Shown here piece by piece: positions 7,918 through 17,855 of a stretch of 64,000 nt of DNA. The notes beneath the pieces are model-generated. The model did no database searches. It was given only the letters and a program-made list of their open reading frames with translations, and was not told where the DNA came from. How positions within the stretch are numbered: position 1 is the first letter of the stretch; each line of letters opens with the position of its first letter. The position numbers were made by a program, and so were the translations under genes. This DNA is from Polyangiaceae bacterium (lineage in GTDB: Bacteria; Myxococcota_A; Polyangia; Polyangiales; Polyangiaceae): the NCBI GenBank assembly GCA_044222475.1, contig JBGANF010000016.1, positions 23,302 to 87,301 of the forward strand. Direction: 5' to 3'.

Positions 7918-10900
7918 TCAACCGTCGTCGTGCAGCAGCGCCACGTTCTCGGGGACGTTCTCGAGGAAGCTCTTCCTCCAGCGGGGGTCTCGGATTCGCG
8001 TCGCGCGTTCGCGCAAGCGCTCGCGCGCCGTCGCGAAAGCTCGCGCGGCTTCGTCCTTTCGTCCCACCGCGGCGAGCGCGGCGGCGTGGACGAAGCGAAG
8101 CTTCTCCTCGCCCTCCTCGAGCGCACCGAGAGTCTCCAAGAGGGCCATGCCCTCCCACGCGGCTTCGAGCGCGCTCGGCGCATCTCCCCGCGCCAGGCGC
8201 GCTGCCGCGAGCGCGCCGAGCGCGGTCGCCTTTCGCGTCGGGTAGCTCGCCGCCATCTCGAGCGCGACCCGCGCCGACGACTCCGCCCCTTCGAAGTCAC
8301 GCGCCGCCTCGAGGATCGTCGAGAGGTACACGTGGCTTGCCGCCTCGAAGCGCTTGTCGCCCGCCTCACGGAAGGTGTCGATCGACGCGCGCTCGACCGC
8401 GAGGGCTTCGACGATTCGGCCTTGCCGCATGTAGATGAGCCCGAGGTTCTGCCGGTGAGTGCCGGCCTGGAGCGGGAGCCCCAGCCGCTCGGCCTCGGCG
8501 ATGCCGTCGAGCAGTACTTGCTCGGTCTCGGGTGCGCCGAGGAGAGTCAGCGCGTATCCCAAATTGGTACGTTGCTGAGCCAGTGTTCGCTCGTCGCCGG
8601 CGGCTTCGAGGCGCTCGATCCCGGCGCGGGTGAACTCCACGTACGCACCGAGGTCCTTGTCGCCACGGAACGCGCTCGACGCCCTCGCGCGCTCGCGGTG
8701 CGCCTCGGCCAGCGGCATCCCGGTCAACGTCAACGCCTCGATGCGAGCGAGGAGCTCGCGCGCGCGCCCCCGGTCGCTGCCGAGGAGCATCGGCGTCACC
8801 GCGCGCGCGGCGGCGATCGCCGCGGCCTGGACGTCGTCGTGCTCTCCCCAAGCAGCGAGCATCGCGTCGACCCACGTGCGCGCGACGTCGAGGTGCCCCA
8901 AGCCCATCCCCGCCGCCGTGACCGCCTCGGCGACGGCGTCGAACCACGCGGCCGATCCGCGCTCGAGGCGCTCCGCAGCGTCGACCGCCTCGCGCTCGGC
9001 GCGCCGCACGTCACCGCTCCACGCGCACGCCTGCGCGACGGCGAGGTGCAGCGCTCCTCGAACCTCGGTGTCCGCATCGACCGCGAGCGGGAGGCCTCGC
9101 TCCGCGCACGCGATCGCCTCGTGCCAGTCGTTTCCGGCGAGCGCGCGGTCCGAGGCGCGCAAGTACCACTCCGCGGCCTTCGCGCGATCCTGCCCGCGCT
9201 CGAAGTGCTCGGCGATCGTCACCGCGTCTCGCTCGCCCGCACCGACCAGCCACGTCCCGGCGAGCCGGTGCCCCAAGGCGCGATCCGTGTCGGTGAGCGT
9301 TCCGTACACCGCCTCTCGGAGGAGCGCGTGACGGAACGTCCACTCCGGCTCGCCGCGGAACCGACTCTCGTTGCGTCGCTGGACGAGCTCCTGCGCGGCG
9401 AGCCCTTCGAGCGACCGCGCGAGGGTCGCGTCGTTCGGTTGTCCGACGAGCTCCGCGAGACCGCCGCTCCAGAACGCGGCGCCGAAGATGCTCGCAGCGC
9501 GCAAGAGGCGACGCGCGTGCGGCGGAATCTCGTCGACGCGTCGCTGCATCATCGCGAGGACGGTCTCGGGGAGCGCGGCATCGGCCTTCCCAGCGGCCGC
9601 CGCGCGGACGAGCTCCTCGAGGGTGAACGCGTGACCGCCGGCGCGCTCCACGAGGCGATCGACGAGCTCCTCGTCGACGTCGCCGAGCGCCTCGCGGACG
9701 AGCCGCCCGGCGGCGCGCCGCCCGAGACCGGCGACGTGGACGATCGACAGCCCGGCGCCCTCCCACAGCTTCGCGAACCGATCGTGGACCTCCGGTCGGG
9801 CGAGCGCGAAGACGAAGAACGGGAGGTCGCGCGCGGCGCGGAGGGCCGCGTCGACGAGGCGCACCGTCGGGAGGTCCCCCCAGTGTAGGTCCTCGATCAC
9901 CAGGACGAGCGGGTGATGCTTGCATTCTGCAACAATGAGGCTCTCGAACGCGCGGCGGAGCTGATCGCCCATCAGCACCGCGTTCGACCGAGCCGCGAGC
10001 AACTTCGCCGACGGGGACGCCGCGAGGGGAACGCCGACGATCTCACCGACGAACTCGCCGACGTTCTCGTGCTCCTCCACCGGAACGTACCGCGCGACGA
10101 ACGACGCGAGTCGCAGCGACTGCGCCGCGAGCGCGTCGCCCTCACGCGCGCCGATGGCGCTCCGCAGGGCGCGGCGGATGAGGCCGAACGGCGAGCCGGC
10201 GGCGAGCGGGTCTCCGCGGGCGACCCAGATCTCGGCGTCGGAGCGGGCCTCGCGCAGACGGCGCACCAGCTCGCTTCGGATTCGCGACTTGCCGATCCCC
10301 GCCTCGCCGACGACGAGGACCGCGCGCGCCGCCGGTTCTTCGACGCTCTCGTGGAAGAGCGCCTCGAGGCCGTCGAGCTCGCGATCGCGCCCGACGCACG
10401 GCGTCGGCTTGCCGAGGAGCGTGCGCTGACCGTGAGACGACTCGCGGACGCCGACGAGCGCGAGCGCGGTCGCGCCGTGCGCGACCTCGAAGCGATCGTC
10501 GAGGAGGCCGGCGGTCACCTCGTCGACGATCACGTCCCCCGGCGCTGCGTCGCTCGCGAGGAGCGCGGCGCGGTCGATGACTTGACCGACGGGGAGTCGC
10601 TCGGAGACGACGCCGCGAGCCGTCGCGAGGGCGAACCGAGCGGCTGGCGTGCCGCGCCGCAGCGCGAGCGCGAGCTGCGCCGCCTGCGACGCTTGGTCGG
10701 TGGCTGCACCCTTCTCGATCCACGCGATGAGCGAGCCGTCGATCAGTCGCGCGAGGTCGGCGCCGAACGACGTCGCGAGGTCGCGGAGCTCCTGTCCCAC
10801 TTTGGGAAACGTCGTTCCCTCGGAGGGCCGGGCGAGGAGGAGGGTGAGGAACCGCTGCTCCGAGACGCCGAGCACCGGTGGGCGGCTCGTCGAAACGCCG

Positions 10901-11760
10901 GACCGCTGCGCCCGCGCCGCTCCGTCCACCGCTGCGAGCGCCTCGACGACGGCGCGTGCGTCCGGCGGCCGCGCGCGCGGATCCTTCGCGAGGAGCTGAC
11001 TGATGAGCGATGCGAGCATCGGCGGTACGTCGTCGCGGACCTCGTCGATCGGAACCGGCTGCTCGAGGAGGATCTTCGTCAACACCGCGACGTGGCTCTC
11101 GCCGCTGAACGGAGGTCGCGCTGCGAGGCAGGCGTAGAGCACGCAGCCCAGGCCGAAGAGGTCGGCTCTCCCATCGGGGCGGTTGCCGCGCACCAGCTCG
11201 GGCGCCATGTACGACGGCGTGCCCACCAGGAACCCCGACTTCGTGTCCGCGGCGTGGCCCACGTTGCGGAGGACGACCCCGAAGTCGATGAGGATGGCGT
11301 CGTCGACCTCGCCGCGGTGGAGGAAGACGTTCGACGGCTTGATGTCGCGATGGACGAGCCCGTGCGCGTGGATCGCCTCGAGGGTGGTGGCGAGGCGCCG
11401 ACCCAGGTGGATGGTCTCGTCGATGGTGAGCGGTCGCTGCTTGAGCAGCTGGCGGAGGTCGAATCCTTCGAGCCACTCCATCGCCAGGTACTGCGGCCCG
11501 CCTTCGGGCACGTCGTGGGCGACGTGGGCAACGATGCCGCTCGAGGTCCCCGAGAGCTCCTCGAGCACCTTGGCCTCTTGCGCGAACCGCGCGAGGTCCT
11601 CTTCCCCGGTCGCGCGGAGCACCTTCACGGCGACGGTGACGCCCGAGGATCGGTCGCGAGCACGAAAGATCGTGCCCATGCCCCCCTTCTGCACCTCTTC
11701 GATGAGCTCGAAACGCTCCGCGAGGAGCTCGCCGGCCATCATCCTCGTGCAGTATCGCAC
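7918..11760 (-). CDS. Ser/Thr protein kinase fused to degenerate cyclase-like domain, STAND/AAA ATPase and TPR-like repeats
   Basis: [27 protein letters not shown]; Walker A GEAGIGKS; Walker [19 protein letters not shown]; helical C-terminus. Confidence 0.93.
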   Translation of the reverse strand: MRYCTRMMAGELLAERFELIEEVQKGGMGTIFRARDRSSGVTVAVKVLRATGEEDLARFAQEAKVLEELSGTSSGIVAHVAHDVPEGGPQYLAMEWLEGFDLRQLLKQRPLTIDETIHLGRRLATTLEAIHAHGLVHRDIKPSNVFLHRGEVDDAILIDFGVVLRNVGHAADTKSGFLVGTPSYMAPELVRGNRPDGRADLFGLGCVLYACLAARPPFSGESHVAVLTKILLEQPVPIDEVRDDVPPMLASLISQLLAKDPRARPPDARAVVEALAAVDGAARAQRSGVSTSRPPVLGVSEQRFLTLLLARPSEGTTFPKVGQELRDLATSFGADLARLIDGSLIAWIEKGAATDQASQAAQLALALRRGTPAARFALATARGVVSERLPVGQVIDRAALLASDAAPGDVIVDEVTAGLLDDRFEVAHGATALALVGVRESSHGQRTLLGKPTPCVGRDRELDGLEALFHESVEEPAARAVLVVGEAGIGKSRIRSELVRRLREARSDAEIWVARGDPLAAGSPFGLIRRALRSAIGAREGDALAAQSLRLASFVARYVPVEEHENVGEFVGEIVGVPLAASPSAKLLAARSNAVLMGDQLRRAFESLIVAECKHHPLVLVIEDLHWGDLPTVRLVDAALRAARDLPFFVFALARPEVHDRFAKLWEGAGLSIVHVAGLGRRAAGRLVREALGDVDEELVDRLVERAGGHAFTLEELVRAAAAGKADAALPETVLAMMQRRVDEIPPHARRLLRAASIFGAAFWSGGLAELVGQPNDATLARSLEGLAAQELVQRRNESRFRGEPEWTFRHALLREAVYGTLTDTDRALGHRLAGTWLVGAGERDAVTIAEHFERGQDRAKAAEWYLRASDRALAGNDWHEAIACAERGLPLAVDADTEVRGALHLAVAQACAWSGDVRRAEREAVDAAERLERGSAAWFDAVAEAVTAAGMGLGHLDVARTWVDAMLAAWGEHDDVQAAAIAAARAVTPMLLGSDRGRARELLARIEALTLTGMPLAEAHRERARASSAFRGDKDLGAYVEFTRAGIERLEAAGDERTLAQQRTNLGYALTLLGAPETEQVLLDGIAEAERLGLPLQAGTHRQNLGLIYMRQGRIVEALAVERASIDTFREAGDKRFEAASHVYLSTILEAARDFEGAESSARVALEMAASYPTRKATALGALAAARLARGDAPSALEAAWEGMALLETLGALEEGEEKLRFVHAAALAAVGRKDEAARAFATARERLRERATRIRDPRWRKSFLENVPENVALLHDDG

Positions 11761-11775
11761 GAGGACCGACCGCCG

Positions 11776-13437
11776 TCAGTGAAGCTCGCCGACGAGGAGC
11801 CCGTACGCCGAGAGGATGACCTCCTCGGGGGAGGCCGAGCCTTGAACCGCGATGCCGGCGTCGTCGAAGCGGAAGCCGTGGTCCCCGAAGACGAGCAAGA
11901 GCGTTCGGGGCGGGAGCGTCCGCGCGTGCTTGACGATCGCGGCCGTACACTCGTCCTCGATCGCGGCGAGCGAGTCCATCGCGTGACCGTGAGCGTTCTT
12001 CAACCGGGCCTCGAGGAGGTCGAGCTTGAACACGTCTCGCGATCCCACCTTGAGGCGACGCACCGTCTCGGCGGTGCGATCCCGGATCGGACCTTCGTCG
12101 CGGTCCGTCTCCGACGGGGTTCCGAGGGAGAGCGGCCCGCGCGCGAGCGTCTCGAGCTGGCGCGACGTGGTCGTCGGGAGAGCCGAGAAGATCGTCACCC
12201 GGTCGACGAGGGACGCGCGGCCGGACAGGTTCTCGAGCACCGAGCCGACGACCCGCGCCGCGACGTCGTAGCGCATCCCGTCGACGAGCAAGAGGTGCGT
12301 CGTTCGGGCGCCGTGGGCGCGCGCCATCTTGGACGCGATGTCGTACGCGTCGAGTACCATCTTGGGACGCTTGCCGGTCAAGGCGAAGGTCGGGCAGCTC
12401 TCGCCGTAGGCGCGGGCGAAGTTCTTCGCGAACTCCTCGCGGGCGAGACGCGCTTTGGGCTCGTGGAGGCCCGAGTCGATGGCGGTCGCGAGCGGGAGGT
12501 AGCTCTGGGCGAACAGCCGCTCGAACGACGCGAGCGTCTGGGGCCCGCGCGCAGCGGCGAGCGCGGTGACCCAGCTCTTCCATCGGCCGTCCGTCGGATC
12601 GGGCGTGGCGGTGTCCTCGGTGGGTGAGGGAGGGGGAGGGGGAAGGGCAGGGGGAGGAGAGGTCGAGATGACGTGAATCGGTTGGATGGACACGGCCGGT
12701 TGCGACGGGATGACGACCTCGGCGAGGGCGGCGTCGACCGGATCGGGGATGAACGACGGCGGGGACGAGATCGCGTGATCCTCGGCCTCCGCGTCGCTGT
12801 CGGCCTCGTCGAGGTCGAGTGCTTCGAATTTCACCGGCGCCGGTTCGGGTGACTCGGGCTCCTCGGCGGCGATCGCCTCTTCGTGGTCGTCGTCGTGCTC
12901 GACGGCCTCGAGCGGGTCGAGGTGATCCTCGAGCGGCACCGTGCGGGCGAAGACCGGAAGGCAACGCTCCTCTTCGGGCAGCACGAGGACCAGCGGCCGA
13001 TCTTTGGTTGCATGATACAAGAACCGAACGTGCTCCGCGTCCGTCGCGTCGATCGCGCCGAGGCGGGTGGTGAGGGGCTTCAGCGTCGGGATCAGCAACG
13101 CCAGGCCGCGGAACCCGAGGCGCCGCGCCCGGAAGAGCTGGTCGGACAGCAGCGCACACGGCTCGGCCTCGGAGCCGAGGCCCTGGGCGCCGGCGCCTCG
13201 TCCTCGAAGCACCTCTTCGACCGCCGCCTCGGCGTGATCGGCGAAGCTCCCTCGCTTGGCGCCGTACAGCCCGACGTTCACGACGAGCGCCCCTCTCGCC
13301 CGCAGATCGCTCACTTGGGCAGCGAACTGATCCTGGGCGACGAAGCGAACCTCGCCACTCGGCTCCGGACTGAGCTCCGACTCGGAGGCGGGGGCAGCGG
13401 AGCTCGACGGGTTTTCGATCGTGAGTGCAGCATCCAT
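11776..13437 (-). CDS. Hypothetical protein with C-terminal PglZ-like (alkaline phosphatase superfamily) domain
   Basis: LLLVDGMRYD, SALPTTT, VFGDHGF and GSASPEEVIL occur in PglZ motif order; acidic/Pro-rich central linker. Confidence 0.7.
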   Translation of the reverse strand: MDAALTIENPSSSAAPASESELSPEPSGEVRFVAQDQFAAQVSDLRARGALVVNVGLYGAKRGSFADHAEAAVEEVLRGRGAGAQGLGSEAEPCALLSDQLFRARRLGFRGLALLIPTLKPLTTRLGAIDATDAEHVRFLYHATKDRPLVLVLPEEERCLPVFARTVPLEDHLDPLEAVEHDDDHEEAIAAEEPESPEPAPVKFEALDLDEADSDAEAEDHAISSPPSFIPDPVDAALAEVVIPSQPAVSIQPIHVISTSPPPALPPPPPSPTEDTATPDPTDGRWKSWVTALAAARGPQTLASFERLFAQSYLPLATAIDSGLHEPKARLAREEFAKNFARAYGESCPTFALTGKRPKMVLDAYDIASKMARAHGARTTHLLLVDGMRYDVAARVVGSVLENLSGRASLVDRVTIFSALPTTTSRQLETLARGPLSLGTPSETDRDEGPIRDRTAETVRRLKVGSRDVFKLDLLEARLKNAHGHAMDSLAAIEDECTAAIVKHARTLPPRTLLLVFGDHGFRFDDAGIAVQGSASPEEVILSAYGLLVGELH

Positions 13438-13516
13438 ACCGAATGCACCATCACGTTCGGGCGAAGTTGGCCCAGTTTTTGGCGAAACGGAACCGGAAAA
13501 CCAGCGCTTCTGGCGG

Positions 13517-13545
13517 TTGACCGGCAGCGATCGAGTTCCTAACCT
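13517..13545 (+). promoter_or_regulatory. Sigma70-type promoter for 6S RNA
   Basis: TTGACC (13517-13522), 17-nt spacer, TAACCT (13540-13545), about 7 nt before the RNA 5' end. Confidence 0.65.
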
Positions 13546-13551
13546 CGAACG

Positions 13552-13756
13552 GTTCCTTCTGCCGGGTACGTGCTTCGTGGATACATGGATCCCTTATGAA
13601 CAAGAACCCGGGAGGTCGACGGTCGCCCGGTGTGCAAGCCGGGCCGTCCTGCGTCATGGCAATCGGATCTCGGAAGCCTAAAGTGCGGCCAAGACTTCCC
13701 ACCTAGCTTCGGCTAGGGGTTCATGTTTCTCCACACACGGCCAAGGCGGTGGGGAC
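13552..13756 (+). ncRNA. ssrS: 6S RNA
   Basis: Long closing stem (gttccttctgcc pairs with ggcggtggggac; catggatccc pairs with ggggttcatg). The 3' segment GAAGCCTAAAGTGCGGCCAAGACTTCCCACCT..GGGGTTCA resembles the conserved 6S 3' region. About 200 nt, flanked by promoter and terminator. Confidence 0.85.
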
Positions 13757-13766
13757 ACTAACTTCG

Positions 13767-13798
13767 ACGGCGAGCTCGGGATCGAGCTCGCCGTTTTT
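13767..13798 (+). terminator. Rho-independent terminator of 6S RNA
   Basis: acggcgagctcg-ggat-cgagctcgccgt, a perfect 12-bp stem followed by a T-run. Confidence 0.85.
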
Positions 13799-13824
13799 CA
13801 TTTCACGTGAAGCGCCCGCCGGAA

Positions 13825-14102
13825 CTAGCTGGCTGCGGAAAATGCGTAGTCGCAGGTTGCGTGCCCTCCAACCGGTTGGGTAGGTCGCCGCTCGGGAGCG
13901 GGAGGGGGAGCGGGAGCGGGAAGATGCTCGACGGCCGAGGACATCGTGAATCGCATGAAAGTGGCCACTTCGTCACAAGTGTCCCAGTTTGGTACAGATC
14001 CCTTCCCTCTCCCTCTCCCTCTCCCTCTCCCTCTCCCGAGCGTCAGGTTCGCGGTCTTGGCAGGAGGGCACGCTACGTGCCTGGGCGTTTTTCCGCAGCT
14101 AG
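13825..14102. mobile_element. MITE-like element, copy 1
   Basis: Ends ctagctggctgcggaaaa ... tttttccgcagctag; closely similar to 57739-57990 in inverted orientation; no transposase ORF. Confidence 0.8.
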
Positions 14103-15484
14103 TCCTCCGGCGGCAGCTCGATCGGCGTCGCGTGTTCCTTCCTCGCGATCTCCGCGAGGGTGGTCGCGACCCGCGCGAGGATGGCTCCCCCGTCTTCGCG
14201 ACGGAAGGCGATCGCCTTCGCGACCGGCTCTTGGGCGTACGCCCGGATGCCGGCGCCGTCGACCGTCACCCGGAAGCCCAGCGCGTCGAGCGCGGTCCGC
14301 TCGGCGGCGGTCGCGCTCGCGTTCGCCGTTCCTCGCCCGTGCATCGCCGGAACCCACGCGGCGAGGTAGACCACGGCGTACCCCGGGTACGCCTCCGCGA
14401 TCGGGCTCGGGTTCAGCACCAGCAGAGCGAGGTACTCGCCGACGACCATCGACGTCGCGTGGAAGTACGCTCCCGAGTAGATCTCCGTGAGGGCGACCGG
14501 ACCGGCCCAGTGCGCGTTGAGCCAGGCGACGAAGCCGTCGAAGTCGAGCGTGCGGTGGACGTACCGCGCGGCCGCGCTCTCTGCGACCCAGCGCAGGCGC
14601 TCCCGGCGCCCGCGTCGCCAGAGGTACACGAAGACGAGCGGGATGACGTTCGCGCCGGCGATCGCCCAGAGGAGGCCGAGCCCCGGCTCCATCTTCCCCT
14701 TCTGGATGCCATCGACGGTGAACGCGATCGCACCGCCGAACGTCATCGGGAGAAATGATCCCACGACGATGTACGGCACGATGTTCCCGGCCGAGCTCTT
14801 GATGACCGTGGCCATGCCCCTTCGCTCGGCTCGGTAGCGATCGAGCTCGGCGCGCCGCCGCGCCGCTTCGGCGGCGCCGAACCCGCGATCCATCATGGTC
14901 GAGCTCGGCACGAGGCTCGCTCCGCAGTGCGAGCAACGCTCGAGGATTTGTCCCGGCGCGAGCGCGCTCTCGGCGCCGCAGCGCGGACACTTCGCGAGCG
15001 TTCGGGCCGGCACGCCTCCGGCACGCTTGCGGCGCTCCCCGCCGTAGTACCAAACCGAGTACGCGACGATGGTCACCACCGCGATGACCGGCACTCCGAT
15101 CGCGGGGAGCATGTTCGCGAGCGGTCGGAGCGAAGGATCCCCCGACGTCATCATCGTCTGGGCGACGAAGGCGAGGGCGATCCCGCTCATGGCGATCACG
15201 CCGAAGATCGCCAACGAAGCCCCTATTCCAGCGCCGGAGCGCCCGCCGCGCCCGCCGTACCACCGGTCCCACGTCCGGAGCTGGTCGCGCTCTTGCTCGG
15301 CGCGCGCGAGCTCGTTCTCCACGTCGGCCTGGTAGCGCGCGAGCTCCGAGCGTTGTCCCTCCGAGATCGTCTGGACCGCCTTGCAGTACGGGCACGTCAC
15401 CGAGGAAGGAAGCTCGTGGCCGGCGACTGCGATCTTCCCGCCACACGACGCGCACGTGATGGCTCTCGCGGTCGAGTGTCCCAT
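14099..15484 (-). CDS. Membrane protein with two zinc-ribbon motifs
   Basis: CASCG...CPYC and CPRCG...CSHCG, each followed by a coiled-coil-like stretch and two hydrophobic helices. The TAG stop lies in the MITE terminal CTAG. Confidence 0.75.
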   Translation of the reverse strand: MGHSTARAITCASCGGKIAVAGHELPSSVTCPYCKAVQTISEGQRSELARYQADVENELARAEQERDQLRTWDRWYGGRGGRSGAGIGASLAIFGVIAMSGIALAFVAQTMMTSGDPSLRPLANMLPAIGVPVIAVVTIVAYSVWYYGGERRKRAGGVPARTLAKCPRCGAESALAPGQILERCSHCGASLVPSSTMMDRGFGAAEAARRRAELDRYRAERRGMATVIKSSAGNIVPYIVVGSFLPMTFGGAIAFTVDGIQKGKMEPGLGLLWAIAGANVIPLVFVYLWRRGRRERLRWVAESAAARYVHRTLDFDGFVAWLNAHWAGPVALTEIYSGAYFHATSMVVGEYLALLVLNPSPIAEAYPGYAVVYLAAWVPAMHGRGTANASATAAERTALDALGFRVTVDGAGIRAYAQEPVAKAIAFRREDGGAILARVATTLAEIARKEHATPIELPPED

Positions 15485-15486
15485 GC

Positions 15487-16035
15487 CTACGACCGCGCGA
15501 GCGCGACGACGGAGAAGCCGATCGCCACACTCGTCCCCGGGTTCTCGTACGAGTGCTTCTGGTCGCCGCGGAACGCGACGACGTCACCCGGCGCGATCTC
15601 GACGCGCTCGCCGGCGGCGACGAGCACGATCGCGCCACGCTCGCAGGTGAGGAACTCGCGCGTCCCAGGAGTGTGAGGCACGCCGACCATCTTCCCGCGC
15701 GGCGCGATCTCGAGGCGGTCGATCTCCATGCCGGGCATCGGGTCCGGCAGCAGCTTGTGGATGATGGCCCCTCCGCGCGCCTTCGTCGGCAGCGTCCCCT
15801 TCGGGTAGCGCGCGAGCGAAGCGCGCGGCGTCGCCACGAGCTCCTCCAGCGTGACCTGGAGCGCGTCCGCGACCTGGGCGAGAACGCCGAGGGTCGGGTT
15901 TCCCGCGCCCGACTCCAGGTGACTCCACGTCGCCCGCGGAAGGCCGGCGGATTTGGCCATTTGCTGCTGGTTGAGCCCTCGCGCTTCGCGGAGCTGGCGG
16001 AGGTTCTTGCCGAGGCGGGAGGAGAGGCCGTCCAT
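15487..16035 (-). CDS. XRE-family HTH transcriptional regulator with C-terminal cupin
   Basis: LGKNLRQLREARGL..LESGAGNPTL; HTPGTREF...FRGDQKHSY. Divergent from the SDR gene. Confidence 0.92.
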   Translation of the reverse strand: MDGLSSRLGKNLRQLREARGLNQQQMAKSAGLPRATWSHLESGAGNPTLGVLAQVADALQVTLEELVATPRASLARYPKGTLPTKARGGAIIHKLLPDPMPGMEIDRLEIAPRGKMVGVPHTPGTREFLTCERGAIVLVAAGERVEIAPGDVVAFRGDQKHSYENPGTSVAIGFSVVALARS

Positions 16036-16116
16036 CGGGTTGGAAGTCTGCCAATGCATTGGCCGCTTCGCCACTCTTTTGTCAGGCGGCGCCATGCTCT
16101 CACCATGGAGGTCGTC

Positions 16117-16830
16117 ATGGAGCTTCGTGGAGCATCGGCGTTGGTGACGGGAGGGAGCCGCGGATTGGGCGCGGCGTTGGCGAAGGCGCTCCTCGATCGG
16201 GGCGCGCGCGTCGCCCTGGTGGCGCGAGGGGAGGAGGAGCTCGAGCGCACGGTCGCGGAGCTCCGCCCGCTGGGCGAGGTCCACGGCCTCGCGTTCGACG
16301 TGGGAGAGAAGGATGCCGCGCATCGCATCGCGGGCGCGGCCCAGGCCCTCGTGGGCCCGATCGATCTGGTGATCCACAACGCGAGCACGCTCGGCCCGAC
16401 GCCGCTGCGCTCGCTCCTCGACACGGAGTGCGAGGACTTCTCCGCGGTGCTCGAGACGAACGTGCTCGGTCCGTTTCGCCTGAGCAAGATCCTCGCGGGG
16501 GCCATGCTCCTCCGCGGACGGGGGACGATCGTCCACGTCAGCTCCGACGCCGCGGTCGAGGCGTACCCGACGTGGGGAGCCTACGGCGTCTCGAAGGCCG
16601 CGTTCGATCACCTCGCGCGGAGCTTCGCTGCCGAGCTCGGTGGTCGCGGCATCCGAGCCTTCGCCGTCGATCCCGGAGAGATGGACACCGCGATGCACGC
16701 CGCCGCGATCCCCGACGCCGATCGAGCTTCGCTCGCGCGGCCCGCGGACGTCGCGTCGCGCATCGTTCGCCTCGTCGAGCGCGACACGAAGAGCGGAGGC
16801 CGCTACCTCGCGTCCGAGGTGACGTCGTGA
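16117..16830 (+). CDS. Short-chain dehydrogenase/reductase
   Basis: TGGSRGLG, HNAS, SS, YGVSK, DPGEMDT; GGAGG RBS upstream. Confidence 0.93.
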   Translation: MELRGASALVTGGSRGLGAALAKALLDRGARVALVARGEEELERTVAELRPLGEVHGLAFDVGEKDAAHRIAGAAQALVGPIDLVIHNASTLGPTPLRSLLDTECEDFSAVLETNVLGPFRLSKILAGAMLLRGRGTIVHVSSDAAVEAYPTWGAYGVSKAAFDHLARSFAAELGGRGIRAFAVDPGEMDTAMHAAAIPDADRASLARPADVASRIVRLVERDTKSGGRYLASEVTS

Positions 16831-17855
16831 GCGCCGTTCATGCCGCCGTCGCCCCGGCGACCACGCCGCGCCCCCGCTCCGCGTCGCGCTTGCTCGTCTG
16901 GCAGGGCGCGCGGAGCGAGGCGCGCCCTTTCGACGAGATCGCTCGCGCGCTCCGGCCGACGGATCTCGTCGTCGTCAACGACAGCGGCACGTTCCCGGCG
17001 AGCCTCCGCGGCAAGGACTCGCTCGGCCGCGACCTCGAGCTCCGCCTCGCGTCCGCGCCGGACGCGGCCGGCGAGGCGGTGGGCGTGCTCTTCGGCGCGG
17101 GCGACCACCGCACGCGAACCGAAGACCGGTCACCACCACCGCCGGTCGCGCCGAACGCCGAGCTGCGCTTCGGCGAGCTCCACGCGCGCGTCGTGTCGCT
17201 GCTCGACCACCCGCGGCTCGTTCGGGTTCGCTTCGACGAGCGGGGCTCGGCGCTATTTCGTGCACTCTACACGCAAGGCCGACCGGTCCAGTACGCCTAC
17301 GTCCCCGAGCCGCTCGCGCTGTGGGACGTGCAGAACGTCTACGCCGGACCTGCGGTCTCGGCGGAGCTCCCGTCGGCCGGGTACGCGATCTCGTTCGCGG
17401 TGCTCGAGTCGCTGCGGGCGAAAGGGGTACGCGTCGTGGCGCTCACCCACGCCGCGGGCCTGTCGTCGACCGGCGACGCCGCGCTCGACGCTCGTCTGCC
17501 GCTCCCGGAGCGGTACTCGATCCCCGACGCGACCGCGTCGGCCGTGCGCGACGCGCTCGCCGCCGGAGGACGAGTGGTCGCCGTCGGTACCTCGGTGGTA
17601 CGAGCGCTCGAAGCCTCGGCGCTCTCCGGCGTCACGAACGGGATCACCGATCTCCGGATCGACGCCTCGCATCGGCTTCGCGTCGTCTCGGCGATCCTCA
17701 CCGGGGTCCACGCGCCCGGCGAGTCGCACTACGATCTCCTCGAGGCGTTCCTGCCGCGGCGCGAGCTCGACGCGGCCTTCACGCGCGCGGCCGACCTCGG
17801 GCTCCTCGGCCACGAGTTCGGCGACGCGATCCTCTTCGAACGGGCCCGTAGCTAA
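16827..17855 (+). CDS. QueA-like protein (S-adenosylmethionine:tRNA ribosyltransferase-isomerase family)
   Basis: DLVVVNDSGTFPASL, YAYVP...QNVYA, AELPSAG, VAVGTSVVRALE, HEFGDA; GTGA overlap with the SDR. Confidence 0.85.
   Translation: MSAVHAAVAPATTPRPRSASRLLVWQGARSEARPFDEIARALRPTDLVVVNDSGTFPASLRGKDSLGRDLELRLASAPDAAGEAVGVLFGAGDHRTRTEDRSPPPPVAPNAELRFGELHARVVSLLDHPRLVRVRFDERGSALFRALYTQGRPVQYAYVPEPLALWDVQNVYAGPAVSAELPSAGYAISFAVLESLRAKGVRVVALTHAAGLSSTGDAALDARLPLPERYSIPDATASAVRDALAAGGRVVAVGTSVVRALEASALSGVTNGITDLRIDASHRLRVVSAILTGVHAPGESHYDLLEAFLPRRELDAAFTRAADLGLLGHEFGDAILFERARS

Noticed and set aside
7918..13437. Complete BREX/Pgl system
   Set aside because: No PglX methyltransferase, BrxC/PglY or BrxL. 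The kinase has the common myxobacterial kinase-STAND-TPR layout, not PglW.
13552..13756. Pxr-like sRNA or riboswitch
   Set aside because: The end-to-end rod pairing, length and 3' motif fit 6S RNA better, and no downstream gene lies on this strand to be regulated.
13807..14758. ORFs starting inside the MITE as a transposase
   Set aside because: No DDE or HUH motifs; low-complexity translations antisense to a real gene.
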